Assembly: GCA_963788655.1 (NCBI GenBank)
Contig: CAWBHS010000060.1
Location: 128,001 to 192,000, forward strand
Reading direction: 5' to 3'
Origin: an uncultured Verrucomicrobiae bacterium
Lineage (GTDB): Bacteria; Verrucomicrobiota; Verrucomicrobiia; Limisphaerales; JAFGQR01
Length of the DNA: 64,000 nucleotides
The notes under the pieces are model-generated. The model saw only the letters and a program-made list of their open reading frames with translations. It was not told the DNA's origin and did no database searches. Below are positions 1 to 11,016 of this stretch, piece by piece (the stretch's first letter is position 1; each line of letters begins with the position of its first letter). The translations under genes and the position numbers were made by a program.

Positions 1-321
1 CCGCAATACCGGGTCACTTGGGGCGACACCACCAAAACCTACGCGGCCGCCGAGTTGGCCAAAGGCGTCAATCTGGCCGCCGATTTTGAAACTAATCCGT
101 TCAGCGAAGCCTTCCAGCGAGTGGATGACGCCGTAGCGCGCAAACAGGCTTACGAAACCCGCCAGGTCAAAGAACTGTTTCACGGCCCCGAAGGGCGAAC
201 CGACATGAAACTGACGGAGACCCTGACGGAAGAAGTCCGCTCCCCTTTGGCTGCCGCCGTGGCCCGCGCCTTCAAGCCCGTGCGGCACAACCTCCGCATC
301 GAAGCGCAATCGGAAAAGTAG
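1..321 (+). CDS. C-terminal part of a protein cut by the window edge; resembles the tail of SGNH/GDSL-family hydrolases
   Basis: Frame 1 is open from position 1 (PQYRVTWGDTTKTYAAAELAKGVNLAADFETNPF...) to TAG at 319-321; family guess from recalled similarity only. Confidence 0.45.
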   Translation, partial: PQYRVTWGDTTKTYAAAELAKGVNLAADFETNPFSEAFQRVDDAVARKQAYETRQVKELFHGPEGRTDMKLTETLTEEVRSPLAAAVARAFKPVRHNLRIEAQSEK

Positions 322-360
322 CGGTGTATCGTTCGGGCGTTACACTTCGTCCCTTACACC

Positions 361-3256
361 ATGAAACCATATCGTTTTCTTACCTGGATTCCGATGGCAT
401 TTCTGGCCCTGATCGTAGCGCTGGCTGCGGTCAAGGCTCGGGAAGTCTCCGCGCTCAAAGCTAATTGGAAATTCACACACGGCAATCCGCCGGGAGCCGA
501 GCAGATCGCGTTGGATGACTCGTCTTGGCAGACGGTGCGGGTGCCGCACGATTGGGCCATCGCCGGGCCGTTCCAACCGGAGGGCGATCCGAATACCGGC
601 AAGCTTCCCTGGCGCGGCGAAGGCTGGTATCGAAAGCCGTTCCCACTCGCGACCGCGCAATCCGGCCAGCGAGTACTCCTGCTGTTCGAGGGCGTCATGG
701 CGTTCCCCGAGGTGTATGTGAATGGTCGCAAGGCCGGCGGCTGGGATTACGGTTACAATTCGTTTTGGGTGGACGCCACCGAATTGGTTCGGTTTGGCGC
801 AACTAATCTCCTGGCCGTCCATGCGGACACGCGTCGTCACGGCTCGCGTTGGTATCCGGGTGCGGGTATCTACCGCAACGTCACATTGTACGTCGTTAAT
901 CCGGTGTCCGTCGCGCCGTGGGGGGTGTATGTCACAACGCCAACCGTGACCACGAACCGGGCGACGGTACGCGTTCGCACCACAGTGGCAAACCACCTGG
1001 CCGAGCCGGCGGATGTCGAAGTCGAAGTAACGCTGCTCGCTCCCGACGGCAGCGTGGCGGGTTCAACGAAGCAACCTTTGACGGTGCCCGCTGAATCAAG
1101 CGCCGACAGCACGCAGGACATTGGCGTTGCGGCGCCCCAACTTTGGGACGTGGATTCCCCCCAGCTTTACGAAGCCCGGACCAAAATCATGGCTGCCAAT
1201 CGGGTGACCGATGAAATGGCGACAACTTTCGGCATCCGCTCCTTCCAATGGACCGCCAACGACGGCTTTCATCTCAACGGTCGCCGCCTGCAACTCAAAG
1301 GCGTCGAGTCTGCACCATGACCTGGGCGCGTTGGGCGCCGCATTCAATCGCCGCGCCATGGAACGGGAACTGCGAATCATGCGGGACATGGGTGCCAACG
1401 CCATCCGCACCAGCCACAATCCACCGGCGCCTGGATTGCTCGAATTGTGTGATCGCCTGGGCTTGGTCGTCTGGGACGAAGCTTTCGACAAGTGGGACAC
1501 CACCGCCGACCTGTTGGATCGCCGGCAGTTCGAGCCGTTCATGGAACGGCAGGTGGCGAACTTTGTTCGCCGCGACCGCAATCATCCTTGCGTCGTGATT
1601 TGGAGCATCGGCAATGAAATCGGGGACATTCTCAGCAACCGTTACGGCGATGCGCCGGAGAAAGTCGCCTTCATGCACCGTCTATTCCAGCGCCACGATC
1701 CCTCACGGCCTACCACCATGGGCAACCACATCACCGGAGCAGTGGCGCCTGGGAAGCACATTCTCGACGCGCTCGATTGCACCGGCTGGAATTACGACGC
1801 CAAATATCGCGCCGCCAAGAAGCGCTACCCGGACAAGCCAGTGATTTACAGCGAATCCGCCTCGGCTTTTAGCACGCGCGGTTTCTATCGCTTGCCGCTG
1901 GAAACCCGGAAAACCGATTACCCGGACGAACCGCGGCAGATTTCTTCTTACGATCACAATTCCGCATCCTGGTCCGACGTGCCGGATGTCGAGTTTCGGC
2001 GCATGGAATTGGACCGTTACGTGGCGGGCGAGTTTGTCTGGACCGGTTTTGATTATCTGGGCGAACCCACGCCCTATAGCGGCCGCCGGGGACGCGGCAG
2101 CCGATCATCCACCCGCGAGGCCTCGCGCAGTTCCTATTTCGGCATTGTGGATCTGGCGGGCCTGCCCAAGGACCGTTTCTATCTGTATCGCAGTTACTGG
2201 GCGCCGGAGAAATTGACGATTCACCTGCTGCCGCACTGGAATTGGAAAGGTCGCGAAGGACAACCGGTGCCGGTGTATGTCTATACCAGCGGGGATACGG
2301 CCGAACTGTTCCTCAATGGCCGGTCCCTGGGACGGCGGACCAAACGCACGGAGGAGACCGCGCCCGTCAACCTCGCACTCCACAAACCGGCGACGGCTTC
2401 TTCGGAGGAAATTCGTCCAGGCAAAAGAAACGTCGCGTCGCTGGCGTTTGATGGGGACAACACCACCCGCTGGTGCGCTTCGACGAACACCTTCCCGCAA
2501 ACACTCGAAGTGGACCTCGGCACAGTCAGGCCGTTACGCGCTTGCACGATTGAATGGGAAATGGACGCCGGTAGTTACCAGTTCAAAGTGGAAGCGTCGG
2601 ACGACGCGCAAACCTGGCGCGAACTCGGGAACCAGTCCACAGCACGACACGCCGACCAGATGTCATCACTAGCGGTGGACACCGCAGCACGGTATCTACG
2701 GATCGTGGTCACGGGTTCAAACCGGGGTTGGGCCAGCATTCAGGAATTTGCCTGCTACGACCAACCGGTTCGCCCTCATTCCTATTACGACGTGCTCGAC
2801 CGCTATCGGCTGCGCTGGCTCGATGTGCTCTACGAGCCGGGCGAATTGAAAGCGGTCGCGTACAAAAACGGCGTGCGTCTAGGTGAAACGTCCGTTCGCA
2901 CCGCCGGTCCGCCCACCCGACTGAGGCTGACTCCGGATCGTACGCAGCTTATTGCCGATGGCGACGACCTGGCTTTTGTCCGAGTCGAAATGTTGGACGC
3001 CGTCGGCACGCTCTGCCCGAAATCAGCCGCCCGGGTTCGCTTTACCGTCGAAGGTCCGGCGACCATTGCGGGCATTGACAATGGCGATCCGCAGGGGCTC
3101 GATTCGTTTGCCGACGCGCAACACCCGCTCTTTTTTGGAAAAGCAGTCGTCATTCTCCGAATGCAAGAAGGGCGGCCCGGCACCATTGTTCTGCACGCGC
3201 AAACGGAAGGCAGCCCGGAAGCCAGCGCCCAACTTCGGTTGGAAAGCCATGACTGA
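361..3256 (+). CDS. Glycoside hydrolase family 2 (beta-galactosidase-like), signal peptide, internal F5/8-type C domain; one frameshift near 1305
   Basis: PHDWAI, LLFEGV, RWYPGAGIYR, LHHDLGALG, NAIRTSHNP, NHPCVVIWSIGNE, GEFVWTGFDYLGEP motifs across ORFs 361..1320 and 1211..3256; removing one base in ggcgtcgagtctgcaccat restores GVSLHHD. Confidence 0.9.
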
Positions 3257-3260
3257 AGAT

Positions 3261-3368
3261 GACCATTGCCCGATGACCAATTGGCGAACCGCAAGCAGGC
3301 CATTCACCGAATTGGCGCTCGGGCTTGGGAAATTTTCTGTTCATTGGCAATTGAACATTGGTCATTGC
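3261..3368. repeat. Imperfect inverted repeat (ATGACCAAT...ATTGGTCAT type)
   Basis: atgaccaat at 3273-3281 and its reverse complement attggtcat at 3357-3365, with degenerate flanking copies. Confidence 0.4.
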
Positions 3369-3477
3369 GAAGCCGGTATCGCCCACAAATGATTGAGCAT
3401 AAATCAGGCAGAGAACGGGTTTAACTCCTTCGATGGTCCGCGCTGTTTCATGAGCCAGCACAACGCACGTTGAAAGC

Positions 3478-4296
3478 ATGCTGCACGTTCATAAAATTGA
3501 ATCCTTTGAAGCCCCGATGCTGGCGCCGTATCGCACCATGAAGGACCAGCAGCAGCACCGCGAGCAACACATTTTCGTAGCCGAAGGGGAAAAGCTGGTC
3601 CGGCGGCTGTTGGAGAGCCGGTTTGAGGTGGTCTCGGTGCTGCTGCCGGAAAAATGGTTTACGGATTTGAAGCCCTTGCTGGAAGCGCGCCCGGAGGAAA
3701 TCGAGGTCTTTCTGGCGGACAAGAAATTGCTGGAGCAGCTCACCGGTTACTCGATGTACCAAGGGTTGCTCGCGGTGGGCAAGGTGCCAATGGTTTTGTC
3801 ACTGGACCAAGTGGTGACCGCGAGTCTAACTCCGCGTTTGCTCGTGGCCGTGGACACGCTGAGCAACGCGGAGAATCTGGGTGCCCTGGTGCGGAATTGC
3901 GGGGCGTTCGGCGTCCATGGGCTGCTGGCCGGCGAGACTTCGTGCAGCCCCTATTTGCGCCGCGCGGTGCGCGGTTCCATGGGGGCCATCTTTCATCTGC
4001 CGGTGGTGGAAACTTCCGACTTGGTGGGGTGTTTGCGGGAACTCCAACGCCGCGGGATCCGGTGCGTCGCCGCCCATCCGCATGTCGAAGGCAACACCCT
4101 GCCCCGGTGCGATTTGACTGGTGATTGCTGCCTGGTGTTCGGCAGCGAGGGCTACGGCATCACGGAGCCGGTATTGGCCGTTTGTGATGAAGCAGTGGCC
4201 ATTCCCATGCCCTCGCACGTGGATTCGTTGAACGTAGGCAGCGCGGCGGCAGTGTTTCTTTACGAAGCTAATCGGCAGCGGGGCCGGATGGGGTAG
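3478..4296 (+). CDS. TrmH/SpoU family RNA 2'-O-methyltransferase
   Basis: ENLGALVR, LVFGSEGYGI and IPM...VDSLNVGSAAAV SPOUT motifs. Confidence 0.92.
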   Translation: MLHVHKIESFEAPMLAPYRTMKDQQQHREQHIFVAEGEKLVRRLLESRFEVVSVLLPEKWFTDLKPLLEARPEEIEVFLADKKLLEQLTGYSMYQGLLAVGKVPMVLSLDQVVTASLTPRLLVAVDTLSNAENLGALVRNCGAFGVHGLLAGETSCSPYLRRAVRGSMGAIFHLPVVETSDLVGCLRELQRRGIRCVAAHPHVEGNTLPRCDLTGDCCLVFGSEGYGITEPVLAVCDEAVAIPMPSHVDSLNVGSAAAVFLYEANRQRGRMG

Positions 4297-7269
4297 CATC
4301 TCCCGAAAACACTTTCAAATACACTTCCCGGATTGCTTGCCGGTAGGCGGCGACTTGCCGGCGAAAACGCTCGGGAGTCGCACACCCGCAACGCACCGAA
4401 ACCCGGTCAGTACGGGGCTGGGTCCGTCGGCAGGACGGTTTCTCCTTCGAAGCTCCAGCGGCGCAGAATCGCTTCGACATGCCGGAGATGGCCGTAATTA
4501 TGGATGAGCTTCTCGGCATCGGCCCGGGCCAGGGCACCGGTATCGCGAGCTTGCTCAAGGGCGCGCATGGTGTTGGCTTCCTGCCAGCCATTGGCCAAAC
4601 AAAGCGCCTGGGCAATGAACTCGGCATCGATCAATCCGCCGGTACCGGTCTTGATGGCCAGTTCGTTCTGGCCAGCGGGGGTGCGCTCCTTCTCGATGCG
4701 TTCGCGCATGCGGGCAATTTGCTGCTTCCACTCCGGTGTGTAGGCAGTGAGGGGCAAGCTGGGAGCGTTGAAATGGGTGAGCGTCGCGGCCAGCGCCTGA
4801 AATTGTTCGCCCAGTTTCATATTGCCGGCGCAGGGGCGCGTGCGGGTGAGGGTTTGAATTTCCCAGAGCAAGGCCCGTTGACGATAGTATTCTTCGAACG
4901 CGGCCAGCGTGTTGACCAATAGTCCCTTGTCGCCGTCCGGGCGCAGGCGCGCATCGACCTTGAAGGGCGCCCCCAGTTCGGTCCTGGCGGACAGCAGATC
5001 CATGATCTCAACGGCCATCTGCTGAAGTTTGGGCAGGTTCTTGACTTTGGTTTCCGCCACGAACACGAGGTCCAGATCCGAACCGTAATCGATTTCCTGA
5101 CCGCCCAACTTGCCCAGGCCAATGATGACAAAAGGCGGCTTGCGCATCCGCCGATGGCGCAAGGTCACTTCGAAGGCGTATTGCAGGCAGGCGTCCGCCA
5201 GGGAGGTCAACTCGGCATGCACCTTCTCCAGGTCCGCCAAACCGAGGATGTCGCGCAGGCCAATGCGCATGAATTCGGCATGATGATACCGACGAATCCA
5301 GCGGTGCTGGTCTTCGTCCTGCAGGCCGTAACGCAAATCGTTGAGCACCTCGGGAGAGGATTTGGCGCGACGCAAGCGGTCGCTAAGTACCAATTCATCG
5401 ATCAAATCCGGGCTGCGAATCACCGACTCCGCCAGAAACTCGGAACGGTCGAACAAAAGGAGCAGCAATTCGAACAGGTTCGGATTGTGCGTCCAGGTTT
5501 CGAACAAAGTGGAACGGGCGCCATAAGCGCTGATATAACTGTCCAGCCGCGCCAGGACGCGATCCGGATCGGACAAGATCTTGGATCGGGGATCGCACGG
5601 CGGAGGGAGTTCCTCGCCGGTTTTACGACTCAAGGAAAACAGCCGGGGAAGCAGTCGCCAAGCGCATTCAGTCGTCCGCGGCGAAACGTGGACAAAGCCC
5701 GGCCCGTTAACAAACTGATTGAGCAACCGGAACGAGCGATCCACGTCTTTGAAGGAATGGTGGGCCAGCAGTTCTTTCCATTCCGCTTCCGCACCTTCAA
5801 AACGGCCGGGCAGACCGGTAGCGGGACCGTTCGCTTCGGCTTTCAAGAACTTCTCGTACACTTGACGTACATTACCGGTGTGCTGCCGCCGGGCCGACTC
5901 AAACTCCGCCGCGCCGGCGAAGCGCATCAAGGCAGCCATTCGTTCCGTCTCGGCGCGGCTTTCCGGCAGGGTGTGCGTCTGGAGATTGTGCTCCATTTGC
6001 AGGCGATGTTCGACTTGACGTAAGAAACAGTAAGCGGCCGCCAGGGCCTCCGTTTCCTGCGAAGTCATCAAATTATACCGGGTCATCTGCTCCAGGCCCG
6101 CCAGCGTCTGCGCGGTTTGCAAGAAGGGCAACCGTCCCCCCTGCACCAATTGCAGCGCCTGAACCACGAATTCAATTTCGCGAATGCCGCCGCGTCCCAG
6201 TTTGACGTTGCGCTCCAACTCGCCTTCACGGACCACCTCGGTTTCGATCCGCTCCTTCATTTGGGCGATCTCGCGCATCACGCTTTCATCGAGCGAACGC
6301 GGATAGCGGAAGGGTTGGATCATCTCGATAAACTCGCCCGCCAACGTCGGATCGCCCGCCACTCCCCGGGCCTTGATCAACATCATGCGCTCCCAGGTCT
6401 GTCCCCATTGGGCATAATACGTTCTCGTAACTGCCAAGTCCCCGCACCAGCGGACCGGCCTCGCCTTCCGGACGCAAACGCAGGTCAATCCGGTATAAAG
6501 TGCCTTCCGGTGTCGGGCGGGAGATCTCGGCCACAAAGCTTCCCGCCAGGCGGGTGAAAAATTGATGATTGGACAACGCGCGGCCCGGAGCGGCAGCTTT
6601 GCGCGGAGGTTCTTTGAACACGTTGCCTTCCTCGTCGTAAACGAAAATGACATCCACGTCCGAGCTGTAGTTCAACTCCTGCCCGCCCAATTTCCCCAAG
6701 CCGATCACCGCGAACTGCGTCGGTTGCCAGCGTCCTTCGGCGTTCTGGTGATAGGGCCGGCCCAATCGATTGGCGAGTTGCTTTGCGCAGACCTCCCACA
6801 CGCCGCTGAGGCACACATCCGCCACATTGGAAAGTTCACCAACAATTTCCGGCACGTCACCCAACCCGGCCAGATCGCGAACGGCAATGCGCAGCATCTC
6901 GCTTTGTTTGAACTGCCGCAACCGCCCCAATGCACCGGCGAATTCGCCCTTTGCCAGCGCAGGTGGCAGCCACTCATCAACTTCCCGACGCAAGCCCTGC
7001 ATTTGGCGGGGATGCGCCAAGGCTTCGGCATTGATCACCGCCGGCAGCCACTCCGGATGGGTCAGCAACCATTCGGTCAAGGCCGATGATCCACTGAACA
7101 GGGCGCACAATAATCGCGCTTGCTCTGGCGATGCTTGCCGGAGAATGACGCCCATCTCAGTATCCGCGAATTGCTCCAAGTATTGCGTGGCCCGGGCCGG
7201 CGCGGCAGCCGCGTTCACCGCCTGCTTCCATGCCGGAACTGCGATGATTGATTTTGGAGAAGCAGCCAC
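4268..7269 (-). CDS. glnE: Bifunctional glutamine synthetase adenylyltransferase/deadenyltransferase; frameshifts near 6420 and 4408
   Basis: Two nucleotidyltransferase motifs (GLGKLGGQELNYSSDVD, GLGKLGGQEIDYGSDLD), DLRLRPEG, GQTWER, KLGRGGIREIEF; ORFs 6286..7269, 4407..6653 and 4268..4627 join on single-base removals. Confidence 0.9.
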
Positions 7270-7282
7270 AGCGTTGAAGTGT

Positions 7283-8290
7283 TCAGACCGGCAGGTGGTC
7301 CAGGGTGACTTCCGTCTCCGGTTGGTTGGGCGGTGGTTTTAACCGGGTAAACAATCCATGCCAGAATCCCAGACCATAAAGAATGTGGGAACAATACACC
7401 AATGGCACGGCCGATACCGCGCGAACCCAACCGTGCGTTCGGGCCGAGAACGCCGCCTGCACGAGCAGCGCCAGCACGTAGGCCAGCAACGGCAAATTGA
7501 CCCCCAGCCAGATGAGGCCAGGATTGGCGTACGCCTCCATGCGGCTCGTGAAAACCGTCGAATTCACGACGGGCAGAAGTACCAAATAAAGCACAAACAA
7601 CGGCGGCACGAAGTTAAGCGCCGATCCCCAAGTCGGATGCACTCGGAATTGCTCGGCCCGGCCGCGACCGTAGGTCAGGAGCATCTTGAAGAAGGCCTTT
7701 ACCGTTGGCCTCGGCCGGCGATGAACGAGGAATTGAGGATCATAAACCAGCCGGGCGGCCTGGCGTTGCAACTCGTCCATCATGGCGTTTTCTTCGTTCG
7801 GGTAAAGCGCTTCATTGAAGCCGCCCAGCGTCACCAACGCGTCCCGCCGAGCGGCCAGATTGCACAAGATCAGCTCCTTTTCACTGGTTTCGCGGACCGA
7901 TCCCACCGCGGCATAACGCGCCCGACTCGGACCGAATGCCAGCCAACTGCTCAACACCACCGCAAACAATTGCTCGAGCGGCGGCGCTTCCGGGGGACAG
8001 ACATTAGGTCCGCCGACCATCTGCACCTCCGCACGCGAAAAATGTTGGCAGGCCCGCCGGAGGTTGTCAGGCAGCGGTTGAGCGTCGTCATCCAGAAAAT
8101 AGATGATTTCTCCGCGGACGGCGCGGATCGCCCGGTTACGCTGCACCGCCGGTTGTTGGCCGCGCGCCACAATGATCTCCAACCGTTCCCGCGGGTAATC
8201 CAAGGCATGCACAGCCGTCAGGGCCAGGATATTCGTCTGGCCCGGTCGGGTCGGGATTACGATGCTCACGAACGGCAATTCGCTGCTCAC
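7283..8290 (-). CDS. Glycosyltransferase family 2 with C-terminal membrane helices
   Basis: FVSIVIPT, IIYFLDDDA, GGFNEALYPNEE; hydrophobic C-terminus. Confidence 0.88.
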   Translation of the reverse strand: MSSELPFVSIVIPTRPGQTNILALTAVHALDYPRERLEIIVARGQQPAVQRNRAIRAVRGEIIYFLDDDAQPLPDNLRRACQHFSRAEVQMVGGPNVCPPEAPPLEQLFAVVLSSWLAFGPSRARYAAVGSVRETSEKELILCNLAARRDALVTLGGFNEALYPNEENAMMDELQRQAARLVYDPQFLVHRRPRPTVKAFFKMLLTYGRGRAEQFRVHPTWGSALNFVPPLFVLYLVLLPVVNSTVFTSRMEAYANPGLIWLGVNLPLLAYVLALLVQAAFSARTHGWVRAVSAVPLVYCSHILYGLGFWHGLFTRLKPPPNQPETEVTLDHLPV

Positions 8291-8433
8291 GCTGTCAAAC
8301 TAAAGAGGGGACGGAACAAGTGCAAAGCGCAAATCACCATGTACTCTCACGCAGCAGCGTCTCAGTGGCACCGCAAACTTTCGTTGCCCAAAATGTCGGC
8401 GTCCTACCGACGCCCCGCCGCGGTTTCAGCGAT

Positions 8434-9672
8434 TTAGCGCGCGTTTGACTTCCCGGCCGTCGCCAATCCGGCTTCCTGCAACAACGGTGGCAATTCGGTG
8501 TTGAGCACCTCGATCCGGCGTTCGATCCGTTTCTTGAAGATAAACAGTGCGCGCCATTGGTGGCGGTCCCGCTCGAGTTCTTTCAAAGTGGGTTGGATCA
8601 CTTCGCTGGCGTCATCCATCCGTTTGAACAATGCATCTTTTGCCATCAGTTTGGACGTCAGTTCCGCCAGGCGTTTCAAGTAGAGCTTGCGGGTTTCGGG
8701 AAGCTCCAACAACACTTTGGCCACGCGTCCCTCCCACTCAGGCATGATGGGGTCGGTGGGATCGTCAAACAGCCGGTCGCATCCGTGAGGAATGAAATAC
8801 ACTTTGCCATCCTGATGATTGCTAAAGACTCGATAGTTGTTAATGCGCATCGAATAGCCGTCCCACAAGTTCATTAGGATTTCCACCGCCACATAGGACG
8901 CAAACAATTTCACGTCAATCGCCGCTTTCAACTTGGCCAATTGCTGATCGGCGTTCGGCTCATTCAACGCCGCCACCAGCGCCCGCAGATCGGTTTGGTG
9001 TCGATCACGTTTGCCGTAATCCTGTTCGAGGTATCCATCGACATCCGCCTCATCGGCTTCGTAAACGGAGCCTTCATCCGTGCCCCAATTGAGTTTGAGA
9101 AAGTCCTTGGTAACCCCTTCGATCATGACGTATAGGCCCAAGTCCCGACCGTTCAATTCCACGCGGGCGAAATTCACGCGCTGGGCGACCACCCCCGCCG
9201 CGGTGAACAGTTGGTACGCCAGCAATTCTTGCACGTACGTCTTGTCAAACATGGCGTTGCTCAAATGAATTTTGCGCAAACCAAAGAACTTCTGCCCGTC
9301 CACAAACTCATTGAACTTCAGTGTGAAGTTGGGTTTTTCATCGACCGGCTGAAAGGTGCTGACCCCCCGGAGGCGCAAACCGACCTGCGAATAGACATTG
9401 CTGCCTTGCTGAATTTCGGCAGGCACATACACCGGCAAATTGGTGTAGGACTTCTGTAACTTGCCCAGGTATTGCTCCTCGATGCTGATTTTCAACGGCA
9501 CCACCCGCAATTTGCCAAAAATCTTTTCGGATTCGCGCCGGATGTCCTCGGGGGTCCATTTCGGCCCATTATTCGCAGCGCGTAGGGAACGCTGGCCAAA
9601 GATGAAACAGGCGAGCACAACCCAAAACAGGGAGTTCAGAAGCTTGATTTGTTTACTGGTCATATTGTTCAT
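8434..9672 (-). CDS. CotH kinase family secreted protein
   Basis: VGLRLRG..TF, KPNFTLKF, FARVELNGRDLGLYVMIE, WDGYSMRINNY, FIPHGCD; N-terminal hydrophobic signal. Confidence 0.85.
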   Translation of the reverse strand: MNNMTSKQIKLLNSLFWVVLACFIFGQRSLRAANNGPKWTPEDIRRESEKIFGKLRVVPLKISIEEQYLGKLQKSYTNLPVYVPAEIQQGSNVYSQVGLRLRGVSTFQPVDEKPNFTLKFNEFVDGQKFFGLRKIHLSNAMFDKTYVQELLAYQLFTAAGVVAQRVNFARVELNGRDLGLYVMIEGVTKDFLKLNWGTDEGSVYEADEADVDGYLEQDYGKRDRHQTDLRALVAALNEPNADQQLAKLKAAIDVKLFASYVAVEILMNLWDGYSMRINNYRVFSNHQDGKVYFIPHGCDRLFDDPTDPIMPEWEGRVAKVLLELPETRKLYLKRLAELTSKLMAKDALFKRMDDASEVIQPTLKELERDRHQWRALFIFKKRIERRIEVLNTELPPLLQEAGLATAGKSNAR

Positions 9673-9782
9673 GCGTCATGAATGGTTGATCACGTTGAAT
9701 CGGAACGGTTCAAATTCCGCCGAACAACGTCACATCAATAGCATCGGCAATTAACAAAGCGGGAAAATGCCGACCGCTCAAG

Positions 9783-9823
9783 AAAAAGCAACCCACGGAG
9801 AGACAAAGCCTCTCCGCGGGTTG
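9783..9823 (-). terminator. Rho-independent terminator of the 9872..10303 gene
   Basis: Hairpin aacccacggagag-loop-ctctccgcgggtt followed by a T run on the minus strand. Confidence 0.7.
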
Positions 9824-9871
9824 AGTGACAATTCCCAATCGGCGTCCGCAGTAGTGCAGAAATCAAGTTAA

Positions 9872-10303
9872 TCAGGGGCAGCTAATCACACCATTCTTAT
9901 AAGGATCATAGCCGGAATTGGGGTAATAGAGATCAACCGTGCAAACCAGCAAAGACAACGCGCTTTCGTCCAAGGGCGCTCCGCCGTCGCAGCCAATGTC
10001 GCCTTTGAAATACAACTTGCGCAGTTCCCAATCGTACTCCCAAACTTTCTTGGCGGCATTGTACTGGCTTTTAACCGATCCCTTCATCAGTTCTCGTTTG
10101 GCATCGTAAAGCTTCTTCAGCAGTTTGTTACGCGTCGAGGTGGTTTTCCGCACATTGCAAGTGCATAGGCTTTTGGTGTCCTGAATCAAGTTATTAATCT
10201 GCTCCTCACATGAAGCCGGCGCTTGCGCCTGAGCCTTAATTGGCATGGACACAAATATCAAGGGGAGTACTAAGGCTATCGCTAATTTCGTGAGTTTATT
10301 CAT
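9872..10303 (-). CDS. Hypothetical secreted protein, 143 aa, six Cys
   Basis: Signal peptide ending AQA, aaggaa RBS-like element upstream, downstream terminator. Confidence 0.7.
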   Translation of the reverse strand: MNKLTKLAIALVLPLIFVSMPIKAQAQAPASCEEQINNLIQDTKSLCTCNVRKTTSTRNKLLKKLYDAKRELMKGSVKSQYNAAKKVWEYDWELRKLYFKGDIGCDGGAPLDESALSLLVCTVDLYYPNSGYDPYKNGVISCP

Positions 10304-10552
10304 TTTCTGGTTTCCTTCTACTTTGGGTGTTGATTGAGGTTTAAGTTTGCCAAACTAAATCTGACCGGACTTTTCAAGACTGTAAACCCCGAGCGCACGG
10401 GGTAGGAATCTTCTCTAGGATTGGCTAAGAATTCGCATTGCGGTTTCAGGTTCACATTCTGAGTTTTCGGAGCGCCATCAGCGGTTTCCCCGCTTTCAAG
10501 ACTATCCTATCACTGGTTCGCTTCTGAATCGGGTCTTCTATTGATTGGGCAA

Positions 10553-10580
10553 AGTTTGGCCGTTTTTAGAGAAAAGTCAA
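10553..10580 (-). promoter_or_regulatory. Putative sigma70-type promoter (TTGACT-16-CAAACT) for the 143-aa gene
   Basis: Minus strand reads ggtTTGACTtttctctaaaaacggcCAAACT. Confidence 0.35.
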
Positions 10581-10828
10581 ACCTTTTGTGCAAAGAAGTG
10601 CGGAGCCAAGCAAACGGGTGAGAACAGGATAATGAAGTTCGATGCGTCTCGCTTTAAAGCACTTCCACAAACTAAGCTCACGATGCAAAGAGATGCAAAG
10701 AACGGTGGTCAATCCAGGACGCCGCTTGATGCCTGCCAGTCTTGAACTTATTTCTGCCAAAACTGCAAAATTTCAAGCCTCGCTTTCATGCCAAACTCGG
10801 CGCGTCATGCATTCTTCTGTCCCGAGCA

Positions 10829-10864
10829 GAAAACGACAGCCCCGCCTACCACCGGCAAGCGGGA
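10829..10864 (-). terminator. Putative terminator after the GspC-like gene
   Basis: Minus strand cccgcttgcc-ggt-ggtaggcggg hairpin followed by gctgtcgtttt. Confidence 0.45.
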
Positions 10865-11016
10865 CTGGACACGCAATCTGCCTTCGCTCTCGTTTTGCGT
10901 TGACCGGGACTTATCCGGGAAAGCGTAAAGCAAGGCGCTCAAGAGTAATCTCGGTAGTTGTGCCGGATGACTTGAGGTTTATCGAGGTTTTCCTGATGGA
11001 AGCCCAACTGTTCCGC

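Noticed and set aside
4268..4296. Functional antisense overlap between trmH and glnE
   Set aside because: A 29-bp convergent overlap is common, and the glnE end is uncertain because of nearby errors.
1318..4409. Selenocysteine or stop read-through at the TGA codons ending ORF fragments (1318-1320, 4407-4409)
   Set aside because: Homology continues in a different frame, not the same frame, so these are frameshifts.
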